Assembly (NCBI RefSeq): GCF_003367505.1
Contig: NZ_PXXX01000022.1
Location: 17,625 to 57,624 of the forward strand
Direction: 5' to 3'
Length of the DNA: 40,000 bases
From: Lysinibacillus capsici
GTDB lineage: Bacteria > Bacillota > Bacilli > Bacillales_A > Planococcaceae
Below, in pieces: positions 19,154 through 28,311 of the stretch. The translations under genes and the position numbers were made by a program. The notes beneath the pieces were generated by a model. That model did not search any database. It was given only the letters and a program-made list of their open reading frames with translations, and was not told the origin of the DNA. Each line of letters starts with the position of its first letter. The first letter of the stretch is position 1.

Positions 19154-19876
19154 ATGATTAACAAATTAAACGCATTATTAACGCTAAACCTACAATATTT
19201 TGCAGAAGACGGCGAACCAGAAGCGCCTGAGACGAATCCAGACGGACAACCGCCCGCTGAATCGCAACTCGAATCGTCTGAGAGCGCAGAAAAGACGTTC
19301 ACACAAGCGCAAATCAACGAGATGATTACAGACCGAATCAAGCGAGAGCGTAAGAAATTTGCAGATTACGACGATTTAAAAGCAAAACTTGCAGAGTTTG
19401 AATCGCAAGCAGAAGAAAAGCGTCAGTCGGAATTAACTGACTTAGAGAAGGCGCAAGAACAGGCGAAACAATTCGAGGCACAATTAGCAGAATTAACGGC
19501 ACAACTCGAAACCGAACGCAATAATGCGCGTCAACAAGCAATTAAGAACGAATTTATTAAGGTAGCATCAAGCGCAAATATTATCGACATTGACGCAGCT
19601 ATTGCATTGTCCGATTTATCCGTCGTAGAAATCGGTGAAGATGGCAAAGTTAACGGAGTCGACGACATTATTAAGTCGCTTGTTGAAAATAAACCGTACC
19701 TGGTAGCGAAGAAACAGACGCAACCTATAGGTACTGCTACAAATGGCGGCACTGGCGGACATTCCGAAAAGACGGCCGATCAATTACTCGCAGAAGCAGC
19801 CGAAAAAGCACGTCGAACAGGCTTACTAAAAGATAAAGCTGCCTATGCACAATTAAAAAAGCAACTTGGTAAATAG
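19154..19876 (+). CDS. Capsid scaffolding protein (DUF4355-like)
   Basis: NLQYFAEDGEPEAPE start, coiled-coil rich in E/Q/A, located between MuF and capsid. Confidence 0.85.
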   Translation: MINKLNALLTLNLQYFAEDGEPEAPETNPDGQPPAESQLESSESAEKTFTQAQINEMITDRIKRERKKFADYDDLKAKLAEFESQAEEKRQSELTDLEKAQEQAKQFEAQLAELTAQLETERNNARQQAIKNEFIKVASSANIIDIDAAIALSDLSVVEIGEDGKVNGVDDIIKSLVENKPYLVAKKQTQPIGTATNGGTGGHSEKTADQLLAEAAEKARRTGLLKDKAAYAQLKKQLGK

Positions 19877-19877
19877 T

Positions 19878-19907
19878 CGTTTAGCGGAATATAGCTAACG
19901 GCTTTTT
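19878..19907 (+). terminator. Terminator-like hairpin between scaffold and capsid
   Basis: CGTTTAGC-GGAATATA-GCTAACG followed by GCTTTTT (one bulged T). Confidence 0.65.
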
Positions 19908-19958
19908 ATATTGGCAGTAAACATCAAAAATAAAAAAAACTAAAGGGGTTAAAAATTT

Positions 19959-21044
19959 ATGACAACGTTACAGAATCAAATCGTAGGTAAAAAAGAATCA
20001 GTTACAGACGAATTATTACTTTTAAATCCACACCAAACACCAATGATTAGCTTAGTCGGCTTTGGTGAACCTGTGTCACAAGTAGAGCATCAGTGGTTTG
20101 AGGACGAAATGTTTGCAGATGAAACAACTGCAACAGCAGCTTTAGTTGATGCAACAACAATCACAGTTGCAGACGGTTCTATTTTCGAGCCTAAGCACGT
20201 TGTAAAAATCGGTGAGGAGTTACTTTTAGTTACAGCTATTAATGCAAACGAATTAACAGTTACTCGCGGATACGCAGGAACTACAGCCGCAGCCGTAGTA
20301 GATGGTGCTAAAGTAGAGTTCCAATTTGTTGAAGGTGTAGAAGGAGCAGATGCTCGTAAAGCACGTTACAAATCTCGTAAACGTGTATCTAACTTAACGC
20401 AAATTTTCGATGAAACAGTATCAATTTCAGGTACAGCCGCAGCAACTTCTGAATACGGCATTGATGATCTTTACGAATACGAAAAACAAAAGAAACTATT
20501 AGAGCTTGCATTACAACTTGAAAAAGCAGTAATCAACGGTGTGAAATACGAATCTCCAGACGGTAAAGTACGTCAAACAGGCGGTATCCGTAACTTTATT
20601 AAGACAAATGTAATTAATGCTAACAATGCTACATTAACGCTTAATATGTTGGGTGATGCGTTCCAAGCTATTTATGAGGCAGGTGGTTTCGCAACAGGCG
20701 GTAACTACAAAATTGTTGTTGGAGCTAAACAAAAGCGTGCTATCTCGGCTGCTGACGTTGACAAGATCAATATCACTCGCCAAGATAACGGTCGTGGTCA
20801 AGTTGTGGATCACTTCTTATCAGACTTCGGTTCTGCAGAAATCTTACTAAATCCTAACGTTGGTCCAGACGAAGTGTTTATCATTGACGCTAATCGTACA
20901 GAAATCAAGCCGTTAAAAGGTCGCGACTTTGCACATACGTTCTTAGGTATCAAGGGAGACTATCTTGAAGGTCAGATTGTTGGTGAGTTCTTATTAGAGT
21001 TCAAGCAAGAGAAAGCGCACGCTCGCATTAAGGGCTTAAAATAA
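19959..21044 (+). CDS. Major capsid protein
   Basis: 361 aa, VTDELLLLNPHQTPMISLVGFGEPVSQVEHQWFEDEMF; position after scaffold. Confidence 0.87.
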   Translation: MTTLQNQIVGKKESVTDELLLLNPHQTPMISLVGFGEPVSQVEHQWFEDEMFADETTATAALVDATTITVADGSIFEPKHVVKIGEELLLVTAINANELTVTRGYAGTTAAAVVDGAKVEFQFVEGVEGADARKARYKSRKRVSNLTQIFDETVSISGTAAATSEYGIDDLYEYEKQKKLLELALQLEKAVINGVKYESPDGKVRQTGGIRNFIKTNVINANNATLTLNMLGDAFQAIYEAGGFATGGNYKIVVGAKQKRAISAADVDKINITRQDNGRGQVVDHFLSDFGSAEILLNPNVGPDEVFIIDANRTEIKPLKGRDFAHTFLGIKGDYLEGQIVGEFLLEFKQEKAHARIKGLK

Positions 21045-21054
21045 TCGCTGTTAT

Positions 21055-21074
21055 GGCGGTCTTGCACCGCCTTT
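21055..21074 (+). terminator. Short GC-rich hairpin after capsid gene
   Basis: GGCGGT-CTTGC-ACCGCC followed by TTT; weak U-tract. Confidence 0.4.
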
Positions 21075-21106
21075 AACGCATTATTATTAACGAAAGGAGC
21101 GCAATC

Positions 21107-21319
21107 ATGGCGAAATACGAATCGCGTTATAAATCGTTAGGCTTTTACGCTAATGGCGAGCTAAAGCGATTTAATAACGGCACTTATGTAACGGAAGATA
21201 AGGACGAAATTACCGTCTTAGACGGATTAGCAGACGTAACTCGTGTCGATGAAGAACCAAAAACGGAGGCAAAGCCTGTAATTAAAGCGCCAGCTAAACG
21301 CACAGCCTCCGCTAAATAA
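21107..21319 (+). CDS. Small head-associated hypothetical protein
   Basis: 70 aa ORF, AAAGGAG RBS, in head gene cluster. Confidence 0.65.
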   Translation: MAKYESRYKSLGFYANGELKRFNNGTYVTEDKDEITVLDGLADVTRVDEEPKTEAKPVIKAPAKRTASAK

Positions 21320-21326
21320 TACGGAG

Positions 21327-21722
21327 GTGTGGCGTGTGGAATGGAATTTAACAGAAGCATCCGAATATGTAACATATAATGCGGTTGATAATGAAGACTT
21401 TTTAGCATCTGACGATACGCAGAAGATACGCTTTTTAAACGTCGGTGAACGTACTCTGCGTCGAGCCTTTAAAGGTTATACGATTCCAAACGAAGCGTGT
21501 TACTTATTTGCTTGCGTGCTTAACGCTAACTTTAATGATACAACTGTAATGGCGCAGCGAGGCATTGCCGGATTCAGTATCGATGGCATTTCGTTCACCT
21601 TCAAGGATTGGGCGAAGAAAGAGTTAGACGATCTTATTACAGATGACATTCGCGACATAATCGCAGAAGCTAATCAGGATATCGACAGCAATAATGGACG
21701 CGTAAAGTGGGTGACGCTCTAA
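21327..21722 (+). CDS. Head-tail connector (gp6/gp15-like)
   Basis: 131 aa, DITDIRDIIAEANQDIDSNN-type alpha-helical protein; synteny. Confidence 0.65.
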   Translation: MWRVEWNLTEASEYVTYNAVDNEDFLASDDTQKIRFLNVGERTLRRAFKGYTIPNEACYLFACVLNANFNDTTVMAQRGIAGFSIDGISFTFKDWAKKELDDLITDDIRDIIAEANQDIDSNNGRVKWVTL

Positions 21723-22045
21723 TGGCGATTGTACCACTAAAACAAAAGGCGTTTGTGCGTAAATACATCGCAGACAATAACGATGGATGGGCGACTGATG
21801 ATTACGCAGAGCCGGTTGAATATACGGTCAGAGCTACGGAACGCTTCGAAGTTGTTACGAATCAACTTGGTGAAGAAGTTACAACATCTCTTAAACTGCT
21901 GTTCGACAAGATGCCAGATGTCAGCTATGATGATATGTTTTCGTTTACTAACGAGTTGGGCCATACAATAGAGCGCAAGCCTATATCGATAAAGTATACA
22001 CGGATGGTTAATGGTAAAGTTACGTTGACATCCGTTTTCTTGTGA
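21722..22045 (+). CDS. Head closure protein-like
   Basis: 107-aa ORF starting at an ATG overlapping the upstream TAA (TAATG); position in head-tail joining module. The track opens upstream at 21707. Confidence 0.6.
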   Translation: MAIVPLKQKAFVRKYIADNNDGWATDDYAEPVEYTVRATERFEVVTNQLGEEVTTSLKLLFDKMPDVSYDDMFSFTNELGHTIERKPISIKYTRMVNGKVTLTSVFL

Positions 22046-22054
22046 GGTGACGAA

Positions 22055-22456
22055 ATGGCCGAGTTTTATATTGAAGCTAATGGATTAGCACGAACAATGG
22101 AGCGATCAATCGACGCTACAGCTCGCGGAATGCTAAACGGTCTCACAGACGTTAAGAACGATTGGAAAGCTGAATCGATTGATATTGCGCCAATTGATAC
22201 GAGCAATTTACGACAGCAAATAGCTGCGGAAGTGTTTACGGAAGGTAACGAAAAAGGCGTTGAAATCAGCGCTAATGCTACACGTGGAGCAAGACGATTC
22301 AATTATGCATACTACATTCATGAAGAAGATGCGGGTGGTGCAAACGTAAACGGTGAAAAGAAATTCCTCGATAAGCCAGCGCAAAACAACAAGGAAAAAT
22401 GGGCGGAGTGGATCGAGAGGGAAATCGAATCAGAGCTTAGAAGGGCGGGATGGTAG
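22055..22456 (+). CDS. HK97 gp10-like/minor tail completion protein
   Basis: ANGLARTMERSIDATARG...ADTSNLRQQIA-like region and synteny. Confidence 0.65.
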   Translation: MAEFYIEANGLARTMERSIDATARGMLNGLTDVKNDWKAESIDIAPIDTSNLRQQIAAEVFTEGNEKGVEISANATRGARRFNYAYYIHEEDAGGANVNGEKKFLDKPAQNNKEKWAEWIEREIESELRRAGW

Positions 22457-22459
22457 TCT

Positions 22460-22921
22460 ATGGCGGACATAATCAAAGAAATCGATACGATAGGTGATTT
22501 ACTGGCGACTGTAGACGTCACTCGCTTGTATAAACAAGACTTACCGTTAAAATATATTGCTAATACGCTCGGTATTCGATGGCAAGGCGATAGTGACGAC
22601 GATTTCACGCAAGCAGCATATGAAATCAACCGTATTTATCAGATTATATACTTCGGTAATAGTGAGATTGATTGTTTAAAAAAATCGAAATTAATCCGTT
22701 CAAAATTGAGCGATTACTTATCCAAAAAAGTACAAATACGAGACTCTAACGACTTTATCACGTTTGAGTCTTTTTCTATGTCCGCCCCATTTAAAACGGA
22801 AACGGACGGAGTTTATGCGGTTGTTGGCGTGCTTAACGCTTTACTACTTGAAGCATATACGCAACCACAATACGAAAAAATGCGTGAAATTCACGCAGCT
22901 ATTAACGAAGGAGGAATTTAG
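22460..22921 (+). CDS. Tail terminator-like hypothetical protein
   Basis: 153 aa between gp10-like and sheath genes. Confidence 0.55.
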   Translation: MADIIKEIDTIGDLLATVDVTRLYKQDLPLKYIANTLGIRWQGDSDDDFTQAAYEINRIYQIIYFGNSEIDCLKKSKLIRSKLSDYLSKKVQIRDSNDFITFESFSMSAPFKTETDGVYAVVGVLNALLLEAYTQPQYEKMREIHAAINEGGI

Positions 22922-24004
22922 ATGGCGAATGGAGGAACGTGGGAAGCTACGTCTTTACCAGTCCGTCCAGGACTATATATTAATTTCCGCGATGCAGCAC
23001 TTGCATCTATAACGGGCGGTTCACGCGGAACAGTAGCAGTACCGATTTTTAATTACACAGGCGGTACAGCAGAGGCAGGAAAATTCTACACAATTGAAAC
23101 CGTATCAGACGGTATGGAGTTAGTTGGTAGCGCAAATGCAACACCAATTACACGCATTTTACAAGGCGGGGCTAAAGAAGTATTAGTATACGCGGTGCCA
23201 GCAATCGGTGAAAGCGAAACAGCGACAGAACAATACGCTAATTTACGAGATACGTTCTCGGTGCAAGACTTTAACGTCTTTGTATATCCTACTGTAATCG
23301 ATGCAGCAGAACAGACAGCGACTAAAGCATGGGTAGAGAGTTGTCGTGAAGAAGGTAAACACTTTATGTATGTAGCTGGCGGAGATGCAGCGAGCGATGC
23401 TGATATTACAGCGGGCAATGCGCGTTCTGTTATTTTGAAGGATTCGTATATTGTCAACTTGGTTACTGGCGTAGTTTTAGCAGACGGAACCGAAGTTCAA
23501 TCGGCTGATTATGCGCCGTACATCGCGGGACTTATCGCAGGAACACCGATTAACAAGTCTATTACTTATGCAGAGTTACCACTTGCTGACGTTACCCTGC
23601 GACTTAAAAACTCGCAAGTAGAGACAGCGTTAAAATCTGGATCACTCGTAATCATCAAAGACGGCAACAAGGTCCGTATTGAGCAAGGCATCACAACGGA
23701 CTCAAATGCTGGAGAACGTGGTAAAATCCGTACGACTCGCGCTAAACAAGCTGTCGCTACGGACATTCCGTCTACTGCACGCGATTCCTACATTGGTAAA
23801 GTCGATAATAATCCGAATGGCCAAGCATCATTAATTGGTGCTATTAAGGCTTATCTCGAATTGATGGAGACGGACAATGTACTAATGAATCCAGAAGTAA
23901 TGCTCGATTCTCGATATAAGTCAGAAGGTGACAAAGTATTCATCGCTGTTGCTTATACGGAAGTTGACAGTATGGAACGAATTTTCTTGACGATTACTGT
24001 TTAG
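22922..24004 (+). CDS. Contractile tail sheath protein (XkdK-like)
   Basis: MANGGTWEATSLPVRPGLYINFRDAALASITGGSRGTVAVP; RGKIRTTRAKQAVATDI; DKVFIAVAYTEVDSMERIFLTITV. Confidence 0.93.
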   Translation: MANGGTWEATSLPVRPGLYINFRDAALASITGGSRGTVAVPIFNYTGGTAEAGKFYTIETVSDGMELVGSANATPITRILQGGAKEVLVYAVPAIGESETATEQYANLRDTFSVQDFNVFVYPTVIDAAEQTATKAWVESCREEGKHFMYVAGGDAASDADITAGNARSVILKDSYIVNLVTGVVLADGTEVQSADYAPYIAGLIAGTPINKSITYAELPLADVTLRLKNSQVETALKSGSLVIIKDGNKVRIEQGITTDSNAGERGKIRTTRAKQAVATDIPSTARDSYIGKVDNNPNGQASLIGAIKAYLELMETDNVLMNPEVMLDSRYKSEGDKVFIAVAYTEVDSMERIFLTITV

Positions 24005-24017
24005 TAGTCGTCTTTTT
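23990..24017 (+). terminator. Terminator-like hairpin overlapping the sheath stop codon
   Basis: ACGATTACT-GTTT-AGTAGTCGT (one G.U) then CTTTTT. Confidence 0.75.
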
Positions 24018-24043
24018 AAATATAACGCAGGAGGTAATAGTTT

Positions 24044-24475
24044 ATGGTAATGAAATCAACTGATGCCGTATCAGGTACGTTTGGTAAGCTGATCCATGAT
24101 GGACAATGGCTCACAAATGTATACGGTGTTGAAGTGAACGGCGAAATCAACTACGAAGATGTTAAACGTTCGGGTACTCGCGCAAAAGGTAAGAAGGCGA
24201 TGGACTTCGAATTTACTGGAACGATTAAGTCTTACAAGATGAGCAACGAATTTGCGAAGAAGATTGGCCAGATTACAGATGATACTAAAGGCGCGTTTGT
24301 AACAGAGCTTATTGTCGCATTAGAGGATCCAGAAAATGCGCCAGTTGGTGCGGAGAAAATTCGAATTAAGGGTGTACAATTTACGAATATTCCCGTAATC
24401 AACTTTGAGCATGGCGCATTAGTTGAAGAAGAACTGCAGTTTGTTTGTGAAGGTTACGAGTACATCATGATTTAA
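24044..24475 (+). CDS. Tail tube protein (XkdM-like)
   Basis: STDAVSGTFGKLIHDGQWLTNVYGVEVNGEINYEDVKRSGTRAKGKK; follows sheath. Confidence 0.9.
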   Translation: MVMKSTDAVSGTFGKLIHDGQWLTNVYGVEVNGEINYEDVKRSGTRAKGKKAMDFEFTGTIKSYKMSNEFAKKIGQITDDTKGAFVTELIVALEDPENAPVGAEKIRIKGVQFTNIPVINFEHGALVEEELQFVCEGYEYIMI

Positions 24476-24484
24476 TGCAATTAT

Positions 24485-24517
24485 GACGCAAGGGCTACGG
24501 CTCTTAGCGTCTTTTTA
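24485..24517 (+). terminator. Terminator-like hairpin after tail tube gene
   Basis: GACGCAAGGG-CTACGG-CTCTTAGCGTC then TTTTT (one bulged A). Confidence 0.75.
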
Positions 24518-24552
24518 AATTCGAAAATAAACTCAACGGAGGTTATCCATAC

Positions 24553-24945
24553 ATGGACGCATTACAAGCATTATTAGGCGCAAAGCCAGCAACGGAAATT
24601 ACGAATCAAGTGAAAATCAAACGTCTAGGAACAGAGTTTACGATTAAGGCGCTTACTGGCGAGGACATTGATAAGATTCGAGATCAAGCAACTGGGCCAA
24701 TGAAAAACGGTAAAAAAATAGAGATGAAAGTTAATGAGGAAGAAGTTGCACGCTTACTTATCGTTAAATCTGTAGTTGAACCTTCATTTTCTAGCCCACA
24801 ACTACTAGAACATTTCGGAGCATCTGACGCAGGAGAATGTGTTCAAAAAGCACTACTAGCTGGTGAAATTGCTACATTACAAAACGAAATTTTAATGTTA
24901 TCCGGCTTTAATGACGAAGAAGAAATCGAAGAAGTAAAAAACTAA
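24553..24945 (+). CDS. Tail assembly chaperone (XkdN-like)
   Basis: 130 aa, TNQVKIKRLGTEFTIKALTGEDIDKIRDQA; located between tube and tape measure. Confidence 0.87.
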   Translation: MDALQALLGAKPATEITNQVKIKRLGTEFTIKALTGEDIDKIRDQATGPMKNGKKIEMKVNEEEVARLLIVKSVVEPSFSSPQLLEHFGASDAGECVQKALLAGEIATLQNEILMLSGFNDEEEIEEVKN

Positions 24946-24947
24946 TA

Positions 24948-25121
24948 ATGGCGGGTGGCGAAGCGTTTTTGCTACACCGCATATGGCAAGATAAACATGT
25001 ACTGCCTCATGAAATTTACACTCTAGATAGACGTTATAAGAATTTCGTTTACGCATCAGAGTTACTTGTAATTGAGGAAGAAGAAAAGGCGGAAAAAGAA
25101 CGTCAGAAAGGAGGAAAATAA
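24948..25121 (+). CDS. Second tail assembly chaperone segment, probably expressed by -1 frameshift
   Basis: 57 aa, MAGGEAFLLHRIWQDKHVLPHEIYTLDRRYKNFVYASELLVIEEEEKAEKERQKGGK; in the -1 frame immediately after A AAA AAC TAA. Confidence 0.8.
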   Translation: MAGGEAFLLHRIWQDKHVLPHEIYTLDRRYKNFVYASELLVIEEEEKAEKERQKGGK

Positions 25122-28100
25122 TTGGCTGTAAATTTGACAGCTGTGTTTCGTCTACGGGATCAAGGTTCTTCGCGCTTACGACGAATCACGGATATGATGA
25201 ATCGAATGAACAGAGCAGGACGTACAGCGAGTGAGGGCATATCGAGAGTACAAACAGCAACTAATCGTCTAGGAAGTACTGTCTCCACAACATCTAATCG
25301 TATGAATGGATTTGCGGCTAGTGTAAGTCGTTTGCACGTCGGATCGAATGGACTGAGTGCGTCTTTCGGTGGGTTACAAAGCACTTTAATTGGACTCGCT
25401 AGCGCATATATGACTGTACAAGGAGCAGCGAAAGCGTTTGATGCAACAATCGGAGCTGCGGCACGTTACGAGCAATCAGAGGTTGCAGTTAAAGCAATAT
25501 TTAATGACCCGAAAAAGTCAGATGCTTATTTGAAGATGGTTGATAAGATGGCGATAGACAGTCCGTTGCTTAATAGTGGAGATATGCTAAAGTCGTCTAA
25601 AACGCTTGTAGCAATGACAAAAGACGTCGGGGATTTAGGTAAAGCATGGTCAATAATTGAACGTCTGATGGTTCTTGATCCTACGCAAGGAACTGACGGA
25701 GCAGCATTTGCCCTTAATTAAGGGGGCAGTAAAAGTGGGTTATATGCTGGAACGAACCTTAGAGCCTAACGTACCAAAGTGTAAAAATCGTTAGGATTGG
25801 TCAATCAGCAGGGAAGGCGACAACCAAGCCACCCTCAACGACTATCGGAATATCCGACTATTATATAGGTGACTATATAATAGAACCCCACCGTGTATAT
25901 CGTGAGATATGCTAATGATATAGTCTGTTCTTTACGTGAAAGCGTAAAGAGTGTAGCAGAAATGACTACACCCTAACTTTAGTGAGTTAGAGTAACAAAA
26001 GGCAAAGAGATGTGGCAAGGAGACGCACTTTCGATGGTTGAGCGTTTTGGATTGAATAAAGGTGAGCTAAACGACATTAAAAAAATGGCAATTCCAGAAC
26101 AAATAGCGGAAATTAATAAAATGCTTAATAAAATGGGTATCACCCAGGAAACTGTAAATGCAATGGGCGAAACTACACTCGGCTATTGGGCGCAGATTCA
26201 AGAACGAGTCGGTAAGTTTTTACGGCAAGTTGGTAATCTCGGTAACTCTAAACTTGGTGAGACACTAGGAAAAATCGTTGAAGCCTTCGATAATATCGAC
26301 CTAGACGGCATGGCAAAAAAGTTAGACGCCAAGCTCGCAGGATTAGTCGATAATGCAATCGCTTTTGGAAAGTTTGTCTGGAAATGGCGAGAGCCAATCG
26401 CTTATATTGCAGGAGCACTTACTGCAGCAATGGGCGCATTTGCCATTGTAGGCGTCATTGCAGCGTTAGCAAATCCAGTTACGTTAATCGCTGCAGGAAT
26501 AGCCGCAGCCGCAGTCGGTTTCAAGGCGCTCTATGATAATAGTAAGGTTTTCAGAGGGTTTATAAACGGTATAAGAAATGCTGTAAAAACGGTTTCAAGG
26601 ATATTTGAGTCTATGTTCATACTAATTAAAGGTGGCTTCAAGGATTATGGTAAAGGACGAAAAATTTTAGAAAATTTAGGACTGGAAGAAAAACAAATAA
26701 AAACAGTTATCCGATTTGCTTATGGCATTAAAGGCGCATTTGATAAGGTGAAAGCTGTTTTCAAAAGTATTTCGTTTATCTTTTCAGGACAACATAAAGC
26801 ATCTATCGACATACTAAAAAGTGTAGGATTTTCTGATGAAAAGATTACTAGTATACGTAAATTCGGAAATAGCCTAAAATCAGCTTTTGACACAGTAGGA
26901 AACATTTTCGGTGGTGTAGGTTCTATATTGTCAGGTGAGGGTTCAGCAGACTTAATAGCTACATTAGGGCTGTCTCCCGAAGTTGCTTCCGTAGTAGACA
27001 GTGTTATCAATAAAATTACATCTAAGATAAAATCACTGTGGAAAGCATTTAAAATGAATGGAGTCAGTGGACTCGTCGATGCAATTTACGGAAAAGGTAC
27101 ATTTGAAGCGATTAAAACGAAATTTGAAGAAGTCAAAGCATATATAGCCGAAAAAGTGACGCAATTTAAAGGTGTATTTGATCGTCTAAAAGAAGCGTTC
27201 TCTAAAGCGTGGACTACTATTTCTGACATCATCTCAAATGTGTGGTCGATTATTGAGCCGTATTTGAGTGGCTTTTGGAACATTTTACAGGTCATTGGGG
27301 ATATCGCAATGAAGGTTTTTGACAACATCATCGCTCCAGCAATCTCGTTTCTAGTTCAACTATTTTCAACGCTGTGGTCAATCGCGAAGCCTGTCCTTGA
27401 ATTATTAGGAATCGCATGGGAGGCGCTCTCAGCAATCATTAAATGGGCATGGGACAACGTGTTGGCTCCGTTAGTTGACTTCATTTTAACTGGCGTTAAA
27501 AACGCGTTAGAAGGATTTTCAGGAGCACTATCTATCGTTCAAGGATGGTTCGAAACACTTAGTGGTTGGATTTCGACTGCAAAGGGACATGTAAAGGACT
27601 TTATCGATTCAATTTCTAATGTTAAATTACCTGGTTGGATTACAAAGGGAATCAGCGCAGGAATAAACTTTGCCGGTAATTTTATTGGTGTTGGGAATGG
27701 GAAGGGTGAGTCTCCGAAATCAAATTATCATGGATTAGATTATGTGCCGTATGACGGTTATTGTATAGCCGCTTAATAGAGAGATCTATTTCGAATAATC
27801 AACCAAAATCGGTAAAAGCTAAGTTGTGAAATCTAATTAACCGAAATTTTACAATATGCTAATACCGAGGTAAGCGAGAACATCACTCGCCACCGTAACG
27901 CATAGGGGTTGAGCGATATGAGAGCAAAAATATCCCCACGAGTGGTTGACACCTTAACGTTAATTTAATGTAGGTGAAAATGTATGCTGAGCCGGGTACG
28001 AATAAGAAATTAGTAAGCGCCTATCGATAAGATATGGTGCTTTTTGACGTACCGTAATGCGAGGAAACTCCCGGAAGTAGAGGATAAAAAGCCTTTACGA

Positions 28101-28311
28101 TAACAAACTGTATTCGGCACGACTACACAAAGGCGAACGCGTTTTAACTGCGCGAGAAAATCGTGATTATTCAGACAGTAACAGCGGTGGTCCAGGCAGT
28201 GGTGTTTTAATCACTGGTAACTCGTTTACAGTACGTGAAGAAGCCGACATTGAGAAAATTGCGTACGGTATTGCAAAACTAATCGAAAAGGAGCGTGTTC
28301 AGATTGGCTAA
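25122..28311 (+). CDS. Tail tape measure protein, three exons: join(25122..25714, 26003..27758, 28111..28311)
   Basis: TTG start after AAAGGAGG. The three segments total 2550 nt = 850 codons including stop; junctions read ...GTDGAAFAL|KEMWQGDALSMVERFG... and ...LDYVPYDG|YSARLHKGERVLTAREN... Confidence 0.85.
25715..26002 (+). ncRNA. Group I intron (IA-like), ORF-less, in tape measure gene
   Basis: P1: exon UGCCCU / IGS GGGGCA with U.G at the splice site (25714.25723); P7 GACUAU 25840-25845 / AUAGUC 25920-25925 following CUCAACGACUAUC; GAAA-capped and other P9-like hairpins; intron ends in G. Confidence 0.88.
27759..28110 (+). ncRNA. Second ORF-less self-splicing-type intron in tape measure gene, group I-like, subclass unassigned
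   Basis: Hairpin CGGUUAU-UGU-AUAGCCG spans the 5' junction with U.G at 27758; intron ends in G28110; possible P7 GGUACG 27995-28000 / CGUACC 28048-28053 enclosing a P8-like stem; removal restores YSARLHKGERVLTARE in frame. Confidence 0.7.

Noticed and set aside
22764-23012. Forward ORF overlapping 22460-22921 and the sheath gene start
   Set aside because: Overlaps two well-supported genes in another frame; composition not protein-like.
25122-27776. Tape measure as a frameshifted pseudogene or as two independent genes (25122-25721 and 26010-27776)
   Set aside because: The intervening sequence has group I pairing elements and exact in-frame excision restores conserved sequence; ATG 26010 is an internal methionine (KEMWQGD) without an RBS context.
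27759-28110. Group II intron
   Set aside because: No GUGYG 5' end at any junction compatible with the reading frame, and no recognisable 34-nt domain V; the U.G 5' junction and terminal G fit group I better.
25715-28110. Intron-encoded homing endonuclease
   Set aside because: No ORF of meaningful length inside either intron.
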